Of a stretch of 64,000 nucleotides of DNA, positions 25,163 through 37,467 are shown piece by piece. The translations under genes were made by a program, and so were the position numbers. The stretch spans positions 97,652,001-97,716,000 of the forward strand of contig CM059431.1 of NCBI GenBank assembly GCA_030390025.1. The letters are read 5' to 3'. Every line of letters begins with the position of its first letter. Position 1 is the first letter of the stretch. Below the pieces are notes generated by a model. It searched no databases and was not told where the DNA came from. It saw only the letters and a program-made list of their open reading frames with translations. Origin of the DNA: Squalus acanthias. Lineage: Eukaryota.

Positions 25163-26759
25163 TGATAGCTTTCGTGCTTCTAGATGATGGAATATCCAAA
25201 CGCACTTAGTTTAATTCCAATGTTATTTTTAATAAATACTTTTGATACTTTAACTTTTGTCTTTATTGCTGGTTTTGTGCCCTCCCCTCGCCAAGGCACT
25301 GGCTCTGCTGGGCAATGGTTCTGTGAAAGGACCAGCCTTGTACCCAAGCCTAGCAGTGTCCGCAAGCTATCCAACCTCAGGAGGCATTCCGGCCAAGCCC
25401 TATTTTGTTCTCCCCCAGTGTCCGTTAACTAGCTGTTGCAGCAGGGGATGCTGGATAGTCAAGAGCGGGGACTCGGCCTGATTGCTTGTCTTCCCCTCGC
25501 TAACCTAGGGCTCCGAGGCCAGTTATAGTGTCTTCACCATCACTCTGGCCAAGCACAGCAATGGGCATCGTATCTGGGTCCTACCTGGTCTGTCGGACTC
25601 GGCTTCTCCCCAGATACTCCTGGTGAAGCGCGTGATGCTTTGAATATTTAATGAATCTGGGTACAATTATTGGTGCAAGAATCTTGTGAATATTAGTGTT
25701 TTATGTATGTGTAAAAATATGGTTACTGTTGGACATTGATTTGATACTGAAATGATACAAGAGCCTATCTAGTTATTAATGTCACATAGCCTATGTTTGT
25801 GTAGTTTTAATGTACAAGATCTCACGGGCCAGTCATTGAGCAGTTTAATCGGTGTCCAGGTTTCTGTGCTCTTTCAAGCCGCACCTTCGCGTCGTGAGAT
25901 GGAATTTGCAGGAAGTTTATTGAATTTGAATGAACAGTTCTTTGAATCTGCTTCCTGTTTAGCTTTTGTCGCTGAATTTGCCACTACTGCTGGGGCACAA
26001 CTGCTGACACCTGCCGAGTCTGGCTCTGAGACCCAGCGTATCAAATAGTTTGATCCCTGGCATATGGCAAAATGCTGCTGTTCGCCCACCAGGACATTCC
26101 AGACACTCGCCCTTAACTTTAACCATTAGATTATTATTGGATTCACAAAGATGATTTGAAATAGTTTGAAAAGGGAGCATTGGGAACATTTTGAGGATAC
26201 AGTGAGACAGGTGGTTGTATTTCCCAGCTCGGGTTGTTCGGTAGGGTTTCTGTCCCAGACGAGTGCACCCTACAAAAACCCAGAGAGAGGGCAAAACCTT
26301 GTCGAATTTGAAAGTAAATACAGACTGCCACAATTGCTCACGGATATGCAATGTATAAATTTTTAAAATACACAGTTTATAGAATCTTGTATGTTTAAAA
26401 AATGTAGTTGGGTTTTTGCTCTGCTGTAATTATAACAATTTAAAGATCTAATCCTACACGATTGTGAAGGGCGGCTGTCTGGAAACCTTAAACTAATTCA
26501 AGGGCCCAGACTTCTAATTTGTGGGAAACCAGAAACCGTGATCGTGCCTTGGACCCCCCGACTGAGCTTCACACGGCAGGCTTGTTCTTCAAATCCAAGT
26601 TGGAGGGGAGCATGAAACTGACATGGGAAGTGTTTGGTGAAGGAAGAAAACCAGGAAATACCACACGTGTGGCAAAGCACCAGTGACTTTAAAATAGGAA
26701 CCATTTGTTTTCTAGTCATATTACTGCAGGATAATAAAAATGTAAATGTGGTGTGAAGA

Positions 26760-27140
26760 AAGATGTTGACAGTAGGAAGCACATCAAGATAGTGATTAGA
26801 AGAAACCTTTTTACAGAGTTAGGAACGTGGGCTGCTTTGCCACAGGTGACTGGCACTAAATCAATTACAACATTCAAAAATGTACCAGATAATTACTAAA
26901 AGAATAGGGAAAAGTGTGGGGACAAAGCAGGAAAATGGGATTAACTTGGGGAGAAAACGTGAAAATGGGATTAGCTTGGGGAGAAATAAGGAAAATGGGA
27001 TTAGTTTGGAGAGAAATAAGGAAAATGGGATTAGCTTGGGGAGAAATAAGGAAAATGGGATTAGCTTGGAGAGAAATAAGGAAAATGGGATTAGCTTGGA
27101 GCGAAAGCATGAAAATGGGATTAGCTTGGGGAAGTGGGAC
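26760..27140 (+). repeat. Degenerate CR1 3' end whose tail is amplified into a 30-bp minisatellite (~6.5 copies, 26931-27135)
   Basis: gaaaatgggattagcttggggagaaataag repeated, preceded by CR1-like attagaagaaacctttttacagag. Confidence 0.75.
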
Positions 27141-28263
27141 AGTGTAAAATCAGTCCTGAGAGGGGCCGAGATTAAACAAGAGTGGGCAAGTTCTGCTTCA
27201 ACATTTCTATATGTATAAAATGGGTGGACTATCTTGGTTTAGTTTAGTTCACTTGCGTCTTCTGATGACAGACCAGTTCACGGAGGGAGCAGCATTTTGA
27301 TGGGAGGAGATAAAGTCTTAGCTGAACGGTTTGAGCTGAGCTTAGACTGTGGTGCTGGATGGAGTTGAGGCGGTCCCCACATTCTCCGGTGCGAAGCTAG
27401 GGCACAGAGAGTTCCTTTAAATGCAGAGTCGGAACTTGAGATCAGATGTTGATGGGGTAGCAGTTGCCAGGGAGTGAGGACAGTCTGGTCAAGGCTTATT
27501 TTCCTGTCTTCCACTAATGTGTCCTTGGCATCTGCCTGTCAGTGGTGTCAGCAAATATTCCTCATCCTTCCTGCTTTAGTCAACCTCCGCTAACAGATTC
27601 AATACTATGGATGGTTGGCATGCTGCAGCCACTGAGAGATTTACAGAGCACTTGGAGCAGCCGGATGGGGTTCCCGGTTTGTATACGAGGAACTCTGAAG
27701 AAAAGCACATTTATTTATCAGTGAAGACTTGTTTTTGGTATTTGCTGCTTTTAAAGATGTTTTTTGGCAAAGTTCTGCTCTACAAGTCACCACTGGTTTC
27801 TCACTAGTGCTCAAGAACAATCAAAATGGGCGATCTGGCCTTTTCACATTCTGACGCCTTTGAATGGATCCTCTGTGTTTGTGTCATTATCAACTCTGGT
27901 TGAGACCAGCTCACCTGGTTTTAAGATCGAAGGTCATGGATCATCGCCCTCATCAATATCCATGTCCTCTCGTGTTTTTTTAATTCATTCTCGGGGATGT
28001 GGGCATCGCTGGCAAGGCTGGCATTTATTGCCCATCTCCAGTTGCCCTTGAGAAGGTGGTGGTGAGCCGCCGCCTTGAACTGCTGCAGTCCGTGTGGTGA
28101 AGGTGCTCCCACAGTGCTGTTAGGGAGGGAGTTCCAGGATTTTGACCCAGCGACGATGAAGAAACGGCGCCGATATATTTCCAAGTCAGGATTGTGTGTG
28201 ACTTGGAGGGGAATTTGGAGGCGGTGGTGTTCCCACGTGCCTGCTGCCCTTGTCCTTCTAGGT

Positions 28264-28398
28264 CATGATGTGGAGATGCCGGTGTTGGACTGGGGTGGAC
28301 AAAAATGAGAAGTCGCACAACACCAGGTTATAGTCCAACAGTTTTATTTAAAATTACGAGCTTTCGGAGCGCTGCTCCTTCTTCAGGTACAAGTACTA
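28264..28398 (-). mobile_element. Penelope-like element terminal fragment with 12-bp target-site duplication
   Basis: gtccttctaggt duplicated at 28252-28263 and 28399-28410; contains a hammerhead core and a ctgttggactataacctggtg PLE-type terminus. Confidence 0.7.
28355..28389 (-). ncRNA. Minimal type-I hammerhead ribozyme motif (Penelope-associated)
   Basis: Minus strand reads tac CTGAAGA a ggagc-agc-gctcc GAAA g-c-T-C gta: 3-bp stem I, 5-bp stem II, palindromic AGCT stem III. Confidence 0.6.
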
Positions 28399-28864
28399 GT
28401 CCTTCTAGGTGGTAGAGGTGGCAGGTTTGGGAGGTGCTGTCAAAGATGCTCTTGGCGAGTTGCTGCAGTGCATCTTGTTGATGGTACACACAAGTGGATG
28501 GGGTGCATTTGTCTGCTCACTTTGCAGCTTCCAGGTGTGTGATGTCTGCATTGACCAGACCCAAAGCAGTCGTTGTGACTGTTGAATTCTAAGTGGCATT
28601 CCACCAGGGAAAGCTGGCCTCCCCAAATTCTCCACGCAAAGTTAGGGAGGACGAGCGCAGGTGTAGGGATGGTTCTCAGGTGTGACCCAACAGCTCGCAC
28701 TAACCTTGCCGTATATCACAACACCTGAGGGGCCTCCCTGGTCCTCTGAGGCTCATGCAGTTTTCTTCATCTCCGGCCAGAAGACCTCTCTGCTTCAAGC
28801 CTTCGCCGTCACAAAAGCAAGTGACCAAAGTGTCGGTTTTCAATTGCTGCACACTTGATGCAAT

Positions 28865-28997
28865 CAAAAGGCAAATACTGCAGCAGCAAATGTGAAATAA
28901 GAACAGAAAATGCTGGAAATACTCAGCCGGTCAGGCAGCATCTGTGGAACGAGGGAAAAATGTTCACATCTCAGGTCCATGACCCATTGTCAAAACC
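28865..28997 (-). mobile_element. Degenerate Penelope-type short element terminus
   Basis: aacagaaaatgctggaaatactcagccggtcaggcagcatctgtgga; a more decayed related copy lies at ~31650-31745. Confidence 0.5.
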
Positions 28998-29644
28998 CAA
29001 ATGCAAATGTACACTTGATGCAAATGTAGGCTTCAGTTTAGCCACTGGTCTGGTCCAGTAACGGTTAGTTTAGTACAGATTGAGCCTGTTCCTGGATTTC
29101 AGTAGAAGGGATCAGTTTCTGAAATTTCCTGTTGACGAGCAAGGAAGTTCCTCTCGAAGCTTTACCAAGAAGACTCATTTGATCCATTTCTTCAGCTACG
29201 TGACACCTTTGAGCGTTGCTTTTTACTCATATAAGTAAATATAGTAAAATTTTCCCACGGCGCTTCGTAAGTGACATTGGATGCCCAGCAGGAGTTGGGC
29301 CAGAGCTGAGAGAGTGTGACCAAAGGCAGGGTGGAAGAAATAGATTCGATCATTTACATGTTATCTACCTTCGGAATCCAAACAGCTAAGCTTGTATAGC
29401 AGTCCAATATTAATGCACGAGACATAGTCAGATCTGTGACCTGTGCAATACTGCTTCATAAACATTCCTGGCTTGGGATATCTAGTTTCCCTGTTGATCA
29501 GTTGTTGGCAGCGAGTATTGCTGCATCAGACATGAATTTCTCATTAGAAATAAATACGGTAATTTATTCTGAAATACTTTGCAATGTCAGGTCAGATTTA
29601 AAATGCAAGTTGAAATTCAATGTAGTTAGAACATAGCATAAGAA

Positions 29645-29820
29645 CCCACCTCTCCTCCTTTTAAGACGCTTCTTAATACCTACCTCTTTGACCAAGCTTT
29701 TGGTCACCTGTCCTAATATCTCCTTATGTGCCTCGGTGTGAAATCTTGTCTGATAATCGCTCCTGCGAAGCACCTTGGGACGTTTTTCTATGTTAAAGGC
29801 AATGTATAAATGCAAGTTGT
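29645..29820 (+). mobile_element. L2 LINE 3' tail
   Basis: tttgaccaagcttttggtcacctgtcctaatatctcc...gttaaaggcaatgtataaatgcaagttgt. Confidence 0.75.
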
Positions 29821-30789
29821 TTCATTTGACTAATTAGAAAGCACTTTTGAAGACTTCAAAAACTAGTGGAGCTTAAAAATTGTTTTGCGGAATAGTTCCT
29901 AAAATGCCACAGCAAGGCGCTCCTGGTCCTCGAAGGGAATCCTTTACACGACAGTCCTTTCTTGGCAAAGGAACCTTACTGCCTGAATTTGAAAGATCTG
30001 AGAAAAGAGCCCAAAAGGACAAGGACCCCAACTGCTGTCTCCACCTTCACACTTCCGATCCTTCAAACCTGACTGCTGAGACCAGAAGGTCCTTGTCCAA
30101 TGCTGAGTGAGAGTCTCACAGAAGGTCCTTGTCCGATGCTGAGTGAGAGTCTCACAGAAGGCTGTACACTTCATCTTATACAACTGAGTCAAAACAGAAA
30201 TCGCCCTTAGTCCAGGTCAAGCTCGGGCTCTACTGTTAATAGGCAAGAGATTCGAACTCTTTTTCACCTCAAGGGTTCTTAATCCTGAGAAAGATATCAA
30301 GGTGGTTCCGCTGCCATAGATTATTACAATGAGACTCTGAAAATAACTATGGACCTTAAAGGATTTGTATTGGCAATCTACGAATCAAAGGTCACATAGA
30401 AAATGCTTTAGGTTCAATGTTGAGGGAGTCCATCATGAAAACCAGTCTCTCACACCAGTATTCAGTCTGTTCACAGAGGAGCTGTCTATAGTTGGTGCTC
30501 CTGGACAACTGCACATCTACCCTTGCTTGGAGAGTCGCACATCTACCCTTGCTTGGACGGCCTCTCAAGCTGTCACTCAGGTAGCAGTCCAGCAGATATT
30601 GTTCGTTCAGGAGTCTCGACTTCTTCAGGAACCAAGAAAAAGTCCCAGTTTCACTTAGTGCTGGATCTGGCCTCCATACAAAACCATTTTCACGTAATCC
30701 TGGATATCAATTACTTCAAAATGAGCAAGAGGAAGTATTCTGATTTGATGCTATATATGGAACTTGGGACTGATGACGTCCAATTAGTT

Positions 30790-30936
30790 GGTGTTGGATA
30801 ATAGACTCGGTAATAGACTCGGTGTTGGGGATAATAGACTTGGTGTTGGATAATAGACTCGGTGTTGGAGACAATAGACTTGGTGTTGGATAATAGACTC
30901 GGTGTTGGAGACAATAGACTTGGTGTTGGATAATAG
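30790..30936. repeat. 19/21-bp alternating minisatellite
   Basis: ggtgttggataatagactc and ggtgttggagacaatagactt units alternate. Confidence 0.85.
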
Positions 30937-31782
30937 GCAATTGAACATGGGGAAGTTGTAGCCCATTCTCATACTGGGTCAGTCTGTGAAGACTTTCGAG
31001 ACAGTTTGAGGCAGTATTTTGGAATATCATGGATAGTTTCACTCAACATTATTTTCTTGATGTTTCAATAGTTCACGGTGACAAGTGTTTCAGCCCAAGT
31101 GTGAACTGAGCTTTAGCGGGATCTGGTTTTAGCTCAGTTTCCCACCTTTAGATTTTGTTTGTACAACTTTTGGTGTAAATCCTTTGATTTATTTTGCTAC
31201 ATACATGCAAATATTATAATTCACTTATTACTGAAAGCTGGGTGATTGAGGAAGAACGTTAGCTTCCCTTCCAGAATATGGGCTGCCCTATTCCTTGCTT
31301 GAAGTTTCAGCTCTCTTACCTACTCACTATTTTCCTGCCCTTTGCCCCTTTCCTTCTGACCTGGTACAGGTTGGTCTTTCTGTGTTGACGTCTCTTGGTT
31401 TCTGCCCTGGTTAAGATGGCTCAAACCCAGTATCTCTCAGTGCTAAACATTGTTGAATGGCAGGCGTTGCTTTCAAAGAATGAGAAAGATCATAACTAGG
31501 ACAGGTAATCATAACCTGATTGTGCATTTATTTTAATTCAATGATCTCTCGCTACAGAGGATATAATCTGTTCAGAGAAAGGAAATTTGGTAAATATTTT
31601 TATTCAGATTCATAGATATTCTTCATAATCCCATGTGTAACTTGATGAGAAATACTTTGTATGCTGCAAATTATCCCTGCTAAAATAAAACCAGGAAATG
31701 ATGGACTCAGTCAGCATCTGTGGAGAAAACAGACAATGTTTCAACTTTACTGGACAAAACTAACATTAATGTCAAGGTATAG

Positions 31783-32073
31783 GTAATGGATTCCTTGGGC
31801 TAATGGATTCCTTGGGCTAATGGATTCCTTGGGCTAATGGATTCCTTGGTGTAATGGATTCCTTGGGCTAATGGATTCCTTGGGCTAATGGATTCCTTGG
31901 TGTAATGGATTCCTTGGGCTAATGGATTCCTTGGGCTAATGGATTCCTTGGTGTAATGGATTCCTTGGGGTAATGGATTCCTTGGGCTAATGGATTCCTT
32001 GGGCTAATGGGTTCCTTGGGCTAATGGATTCCTTGGTGTAATGGATTCCTTGGTGTAATGGGTTCCTTGGCGT
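31783..32073. repeat. 17-bp minisatellite, ~17 copies (one more unit at ~32480-32499)
   Basis: (taatggattccttgggc)n with ggtg variants. Confidence 0.95.
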
Positions 32074-32478
32074 AAACTCCAGAGAGTATAGGCCCATTCT
32101 ACACAATCTATCATCATAGGACAGTCCCTCTCATCCCAGGAATCAATCGAGTGAACCTTCGTTGCACCGCCTCCAAGGCAAGTATATCCTTCCTTAGATA
32201 AGGAGACCAGAACTGTGCACAGTACTCCAGGTGTGGTCTCACCAAGGCCCTGTACAATTGTAGCAAGACTTCCTTACTCTTATACTCCAACCACCTTGCA
32301 ATAAAGGCCAACATGCCATTTGCCTTCCTTATTGCTTGCTGTACCTGCATGCTAGCTTTCTGTGTTTCTTGCACGAAGACACCCAAATCTCTCCGAACAT
32401 CAACATTTGAAAGTTTCTGACCATTTAAAAAATATTCTGTTTTTCCATTCTTCCTACCAAAATGAATAAACTCACATC
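32074..32478 (-). mobile_element. Internal CR1 ORF2 fragment lacking both ends
   Basis: GVFVQETQKASMQVQQAIRKANGML...VRPHLEYCAQFWSPYL; no 3' tail. Confidence 0.9.
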
Positions 32479-33797
32479 TGGGCTAATGGTTTCCTTGGGT
32501 TTTTGGGTGTGGCTCTGGTTAGTCTGTACATTGATATTGTGTAACTTAAGTTTCTTTGAAAGGATTTAATATAACTTTGTTATCAACTTTGGTTACAAGT
32601 ACAAAATGTTTGTTTAGCCTGAAGTATGTGAAATTAATTCATCGACACTCTTCCAATAGTTTTGTACTTGTGTTGCTGTTCTGCACTCTGTGTTGCGACA
32701 ATAAAGAAATCTTAATGCCTAACTAAAACGTTCCAGTCCATTAATTCAGCTCATTTTCCCTTCCCTCCAATTCCCCAGCCCAGAGGAGCTGGAGAGCTGC
32801 TTCCTGACCTTAGAAGAAAACCCAAACTTTTTTTCAGCAGGCTGGTGATCGATGAATAATTATTTCAATCCCTAGCGCAGGTGGGAAAAGGAAAGTCTCC
32901 CCGGTCGCTGTCTGGTGAGGCCCAGCCTGTTGGTACCTTTGTCTGTCCGTGTCGATCACATTTAGCTCCCGTCCATTCCGTAACCAGTATGATATTCACA
33001 CCACCCAATAGCATAGGAAAGCGCAGTAGCCAGAGCTCCATTTTAAATCCTGGTGCAGTGGCCTCGCTAAAGTTAATATGGGAAGATTATAGAAATACTT
33101 CACAATGTGCCGCAGGATGGAGCCTTGTGTACGCGATTCCTCTGTGTCGATATCCACTGGCTAGAACCTGTTGATAATCAGTAACCGAGTATAGAGGCGG
33201 AGGGAAGCGAGGCTGGAGGGGGAAATAGGTAGAAAAGGGATGAATTTGTCATTATGGTTGCTACTAAAAGGTCCTTCATTACTGAATATTTTCAGACCAT
33301 TGCTACCATTCTCATGTTCTGTCCCAAACTATTACTGAATTTGTGTTGTTTTACCTGTTGTGAATATTGAATTCTCCAGTATCTTAAACCATCGTTGGTC
33401 CTGATGCAACCTATCTCTCCAAACTACTCCTGCCTTGTCACCCCTCCGGATCCCAGCAGTCCCCTGACTCTGGCCTTTGTGCATCTCCTCCCCCCGCCCC
33501 CGACTAATGATGGCAGAACCTTTAACCACCTCAGCCCTGCCCCCCCCCCCATCCACTCCCCTCCCATCCCCTCCACCCATCCCCTCCCCTCCACCCATCC
33601 CCTCCCCTCCACAATCCCCCTTCCCCGATCCCCCCCTTCCCCCCCTCCTCCTCTCCCTCCTCTATCTCCTCCTCCTCATCCCTCCCTCCCAACCCTCCAA
33701 CTCCAGTTTTCTCTACACCTTTTTAAGAAAAAACCTTCTTAAAACCCATCTTTTTTAATAAAGCTTTCAGTCACTATAAATGTTAATTGTTGCTATT

Positions 33798-33834
<37 letters not shown>

Positions 33835-34294
33835 AAGGAAGTGTGTGTAAATAGCCCACGGTTCCACGGTTAGGGAGTGTGTAAATAGCCAACGGTTACC
33901 AGTGAATATTCTCACCCTAGATTCTGTTCTTTGCAATTGCAGAGTTCCCAGCCTTAGAATGGGGGAGGGAGCAGTCGGACCTTTTACTGTAAAAAAAAAA
34001 ATATTTAACTCCTCAGGTAGTTGTGAAATGCCATAACTGGCAGCAACAACCCCAACCCCCCCCCCCCCCCACATCCCACCCAGTGCCCAACCCTCCACCA
34101 CAGCCCCCACCCAACCCTAACTCCCACCCTAACCCCCCATCCCAGCTCCCGATCCCAGCCCCCCACCCTCATCCCAGCTCGACCTCCAACCCTCCACCAC
34201 AGCCCCAACTGAAGGGCAGTAATAGAGTAGGAACTGTTTTTTAAAATAACGTTTGAAATGTTCCAGTACTGTGACAGTGTGTGTCTCACCACAG

Positions 34295-34791
34295 ATATGG
34301 ATGGCTGTAGCTACATGGACAGAATGTTGGCCAATCGACCTGCCACAAACGGATCCTTCCCCGGCTTCAGCTTCTCCCCACTTCAGGTGAACGGAGTGGG
34401 AGGCGTCTCCGACAGGAGGGCCACAGAATGGACCGGCGGTTTCTGGAACGACCCTGCCCCGACCTCCTGCAATGGAAGCGGATTTCAGACCGACGGAATC
34501 ACCCAAAGCGCAGAGAGCTCTCAGCCACTGTCGGAAACGTGCGGCTCACTGCACCAGAACGGGAGCCCCGGCAGCTGCGTGGCACTCAAGCCAACGTGGC
34601 CATCCTGCCCCACAGACGGGGCCCTCGATGACCACGACCCACTCCAGTACGGCCACTATCACGGGTTTGGAGACACGGCCGAAAGCATTCCCGATCTCAA
34701 CAGTTGCATGGAACATTCCAGCTCGGTTAAGGTTGAGCAGAGTTATAACAATGCTGTTTACAGCGCAGTCCACCTCTTCCATGGCTCATAA
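34295..34791 (+). CDS. ANKRD10: ANKRD10-like last coding exon
   Basis: Acceptor tctcaccacAG, G|AT ATG in frame. Encodes CGSLHQNGSPGSC...YGHYHGFGDTAESIPDLNSCMEHSSSVKVEQSYNNAVYSAVHLFHGS*, the characteristic ANKRD10 C-terminus. Confidence 0.93.
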
Positions 34792-35004
34792 GGAGGGTTT
34801 GGTGGGGAGCTAGTTTATAGGTGATGGGTTTCTGCTAGCGCGACCTTGCTGGTGTCTCTGTAGTTGGCCACACTGATTTTTTTTTCACTTGCAGAAATAA
34901 ATATAATGCTTGAACATTTCCGTTTATATTTTTATATTTACATTTAAACTGGTATTGTCTTGTTAACCTGGAGCATTAGTTGGGATTCACACATTACAAT
35001 GAGT

Positions 35005-35331
35005 AGCCATTCAGCCCCTCGAGCCTGCTACACAGGAACAGGAGGAGGCCCATTCAGTCCCTCGAGCCTGTTACACAGGAACAGGAGGAGGCCCATTCAG
35101 TCCCTCGAGCCTGCTACATAGGAACAGGAGGAGGCCCATTCAGCCCCTCGAGCCTGCTACACAGGAACAGGAGGAGGCCCATTCGTCCCTCGAGCCTGTT
35201 ACACAGGAACAGGAGGAGGCCCATTCAGTCCCTCGAGCCTGCTACATAGGAACAGGAGGAGGCCCATTCAGCCCCTCGAGCCTGCTACATAGAACAGGAA
35301 GAGGCCAATCAGCCCCTCGAGCCTGCTACAC
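35005..35331. repeat. 43-bp minisatellite (8 copies) derived from the antisense CR1 3' tail
   Basis: acacaggaacaggaggaggcccattcagtccctcgagcctgtt; same sequence as the CR1 terminus at 5170-5211. Confidence 0.92.
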
Positions 35332-35639
35332 CTGTTGATGGAGATTTGTTACCTGGGCAAGCACAGTTAATATTTGATACTAGATTAAATTGACACAATG
35401 AATGAAGCAGGGAAGCAAATTTTTTAAAATAGTATTTATAAATGTCACTTTTGTTGTAATGGGATAATTAATGTCATTTGAACATTTGGGATGGAACCTG
35501 TAATTTAAGCCCAGGTTTATCTCTTCCCACAGCAGTGATTCAAACTTTCCATTTTAATAGGTGAATAAATTCTCCCCCAGGCAATTTAAGTTTTGGTAAC
35601 ATTGTTTACAGTGACTTTTAATTGTTGAAAAGCCTACCT

Positions 35640-35858
35640 TGTAATCTACTGGTTATGGACCTGGACGAGCAACTCACAGGCCATGAGTTCAGATCCCACC
35701 AGGGCAAATTGTGAGATTGAATTCAGTAAATCGGGACATATCTGGGCTGGCTCCGGATAAAATAAATCACCGCCAAAGCTGTCGGATTGTTGTAAAATCC
35801 CAACTGGTTCACTAATGTCCTTTAGGGAAGGAAGCCTGCCGTCCTTACCCGGTCTGGG
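35640..35858 (+). mobile_element. LF-SINE-like tRNA-derived SINE remnant
   Basis: B-box-like gagttcagatccc and gattgttgtaaaatcccaactggttcactaatgtcctttagggaaggaagcctgccgtccttacccggtctgg, recalled as the LF-SINE core. Confidence 0.55.
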
Positions 35859-36995
35859 ATAATATTGCGCAAGTAAATGTGTGTCGATTAAATATATCAC
35901 AACAGCATGGAAGTGACGATCTCACCTTCTGAGTTTCAGTCCAGACATTACCATTTTAAGTTTATGTGGTGATAGGATACAACTGAACAAAGGTAGAATT
36001 CTTTTTGAGAATTTGTTGATGTGTGTTAAGGATTAATGGTTACATGTTTTTAATGTGGTGGATTCAGTCAAAGAAACATTTGTGTAATTAAAAGCTTTTT
36101 TTATATTCTGCATGATGGAGAGCTTGCATTAACTGCTGTCATTCAAATCTCAGTTATTTCCAGCCTGAGAGCATTTAACTAGCTTTCTGCAAACCTTTGT
36201 CCGATGCTGTGTTGGTTAAATCACCAAGAAAGTCGATGTTTTGCTTTTTAAAAATTTGAGACAAATGTGTGTTTCCATGCCATTTTACATTTCAGATTGT
36301 AATTGTTAAACTTGCATCTAAAAGGAAAGTGTTTAATTCCATCGATTCCAGCCTCTAACCACGTGCATTGTCCGTGTAATTCTCACTTTGCTGATTGCAT
36401 GTTTAACATTTTCCGTGAGGTGCATCAAAAGCTTTTATTTCTTTTTGTAAAACGATTGGTTTATAAAGGATTAAATAAAGTTTTTCACAATACTGTTTAA
36501 AATACATTGGAAGACATTTTTTTTTAATTTTAGAGATGTTTCTGAGTGCGGTGTATAATTCACATCACATTGTAGAAACACAAACACTGCCGAGCTGTTG
36601 GTTGGCTTTCGATCTTTGATGGGTTTTCAGAAAACTCCACCCTCGCGATACAAAAAATACAGACTGATAAAATCCGGTGTGCGAAATGCTACCGCCATGT
36701 TTAAGCCATGATTTCATACAGTCAAAAGTTTGTTAAAAAAATAAAGTCTGCTTCTGATACCCTAAGTGTAACGTCTTCAGATTTTTACCGATTTGGTGCA
36801 GAAGAGTTCTGGTTCAGTTTATATCACGTTACTGATCAGAAGCCAAATTCGGGTCACAAAGGGTTAACTCCAAGCCATTCATTCAGCTTGTTTTTGTCAA
36901 ACGATTGGTGTATAACCCACAGGCCATTCAGGATATTGAAATACCAGACGCGAGTCAGTCTTCAAAAGTTTGTACTCTGGTCTATCTCGTCCAAA

Positions 36996-37241
36996 AAGAA
37001 AAAAGAAAGACCTGCATTTCTCCAGCGCCTTTCACGACCACCGGATGTCTCAAAGTGCTTTACAACCAATTAAGTACTTTTTTTTTGATTGTGTAGTCAT
37101 TGTTGTAATGTGGGAAACGCAGCAGCCAATTTGCACACAGCAAGTTCTCACAAACAGCAGTGTGATAATGACCAGATAATCTGTTTTTGTTATGTTGGTT
37201 GAGGGATAAATATTGGTCAGGACACCGGGGAGAACTCCCCT
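36996..37241 (-). mobile_element. Deu-domain SINE, 3' two-thirds
   Basis: Reverse complement of the element at 24830-25162. Confidence 0.8.
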
Positions 37242-37467
37242 AGGGCTGTTAACTTGAGTGATTTTAGCCCATAACTCGATGGCGGGGGAGGCGTGTAGTT
37301 TATGATGTGAAGGGTGGCAGGGATATGATTGAAAATCACTGAAAACTGTTTTCTGTTCGTTAAACAATTCTGTTGGTTTACACTTGAATTGATCTTCCCA
37401 GAGTGCCTTTCAGAGTGCAATGTGTGTGCGAGATTATAATATCTAGGACACAAAGGTTCTGATCTCT

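Larger units (their letters stand above)
27975..28500 (-). mobile_element. Old CR1-group LINE 3' end (family also at 49690-60916), interrupted by a Penelope-derived insert
   Basis: Minus-strand GSKSWNSLPNSTVGAPSPHGLQQFKAAAHHHLLKGN and tail gggcaataaatgccagccttgccagcgatgcccacatccc. Confidence 0.75.
34792..36760 (+). other. Probable ANKRD10 3' UTR with several candidate poly(A) signals
   Basis: AU-rich sequence after the stop codon; AATAAA at 34896, 35564, 36474 and 36740. True 3' end unknown. Confidence 0.45.

Noticed and set aside
28960..28997. Second hammerhead ribozyme in a Penelope-type remnant
   Set aside because: Core is mutated (minus strand ttgacaa...gaga instead of CUGANGA...GAAA).
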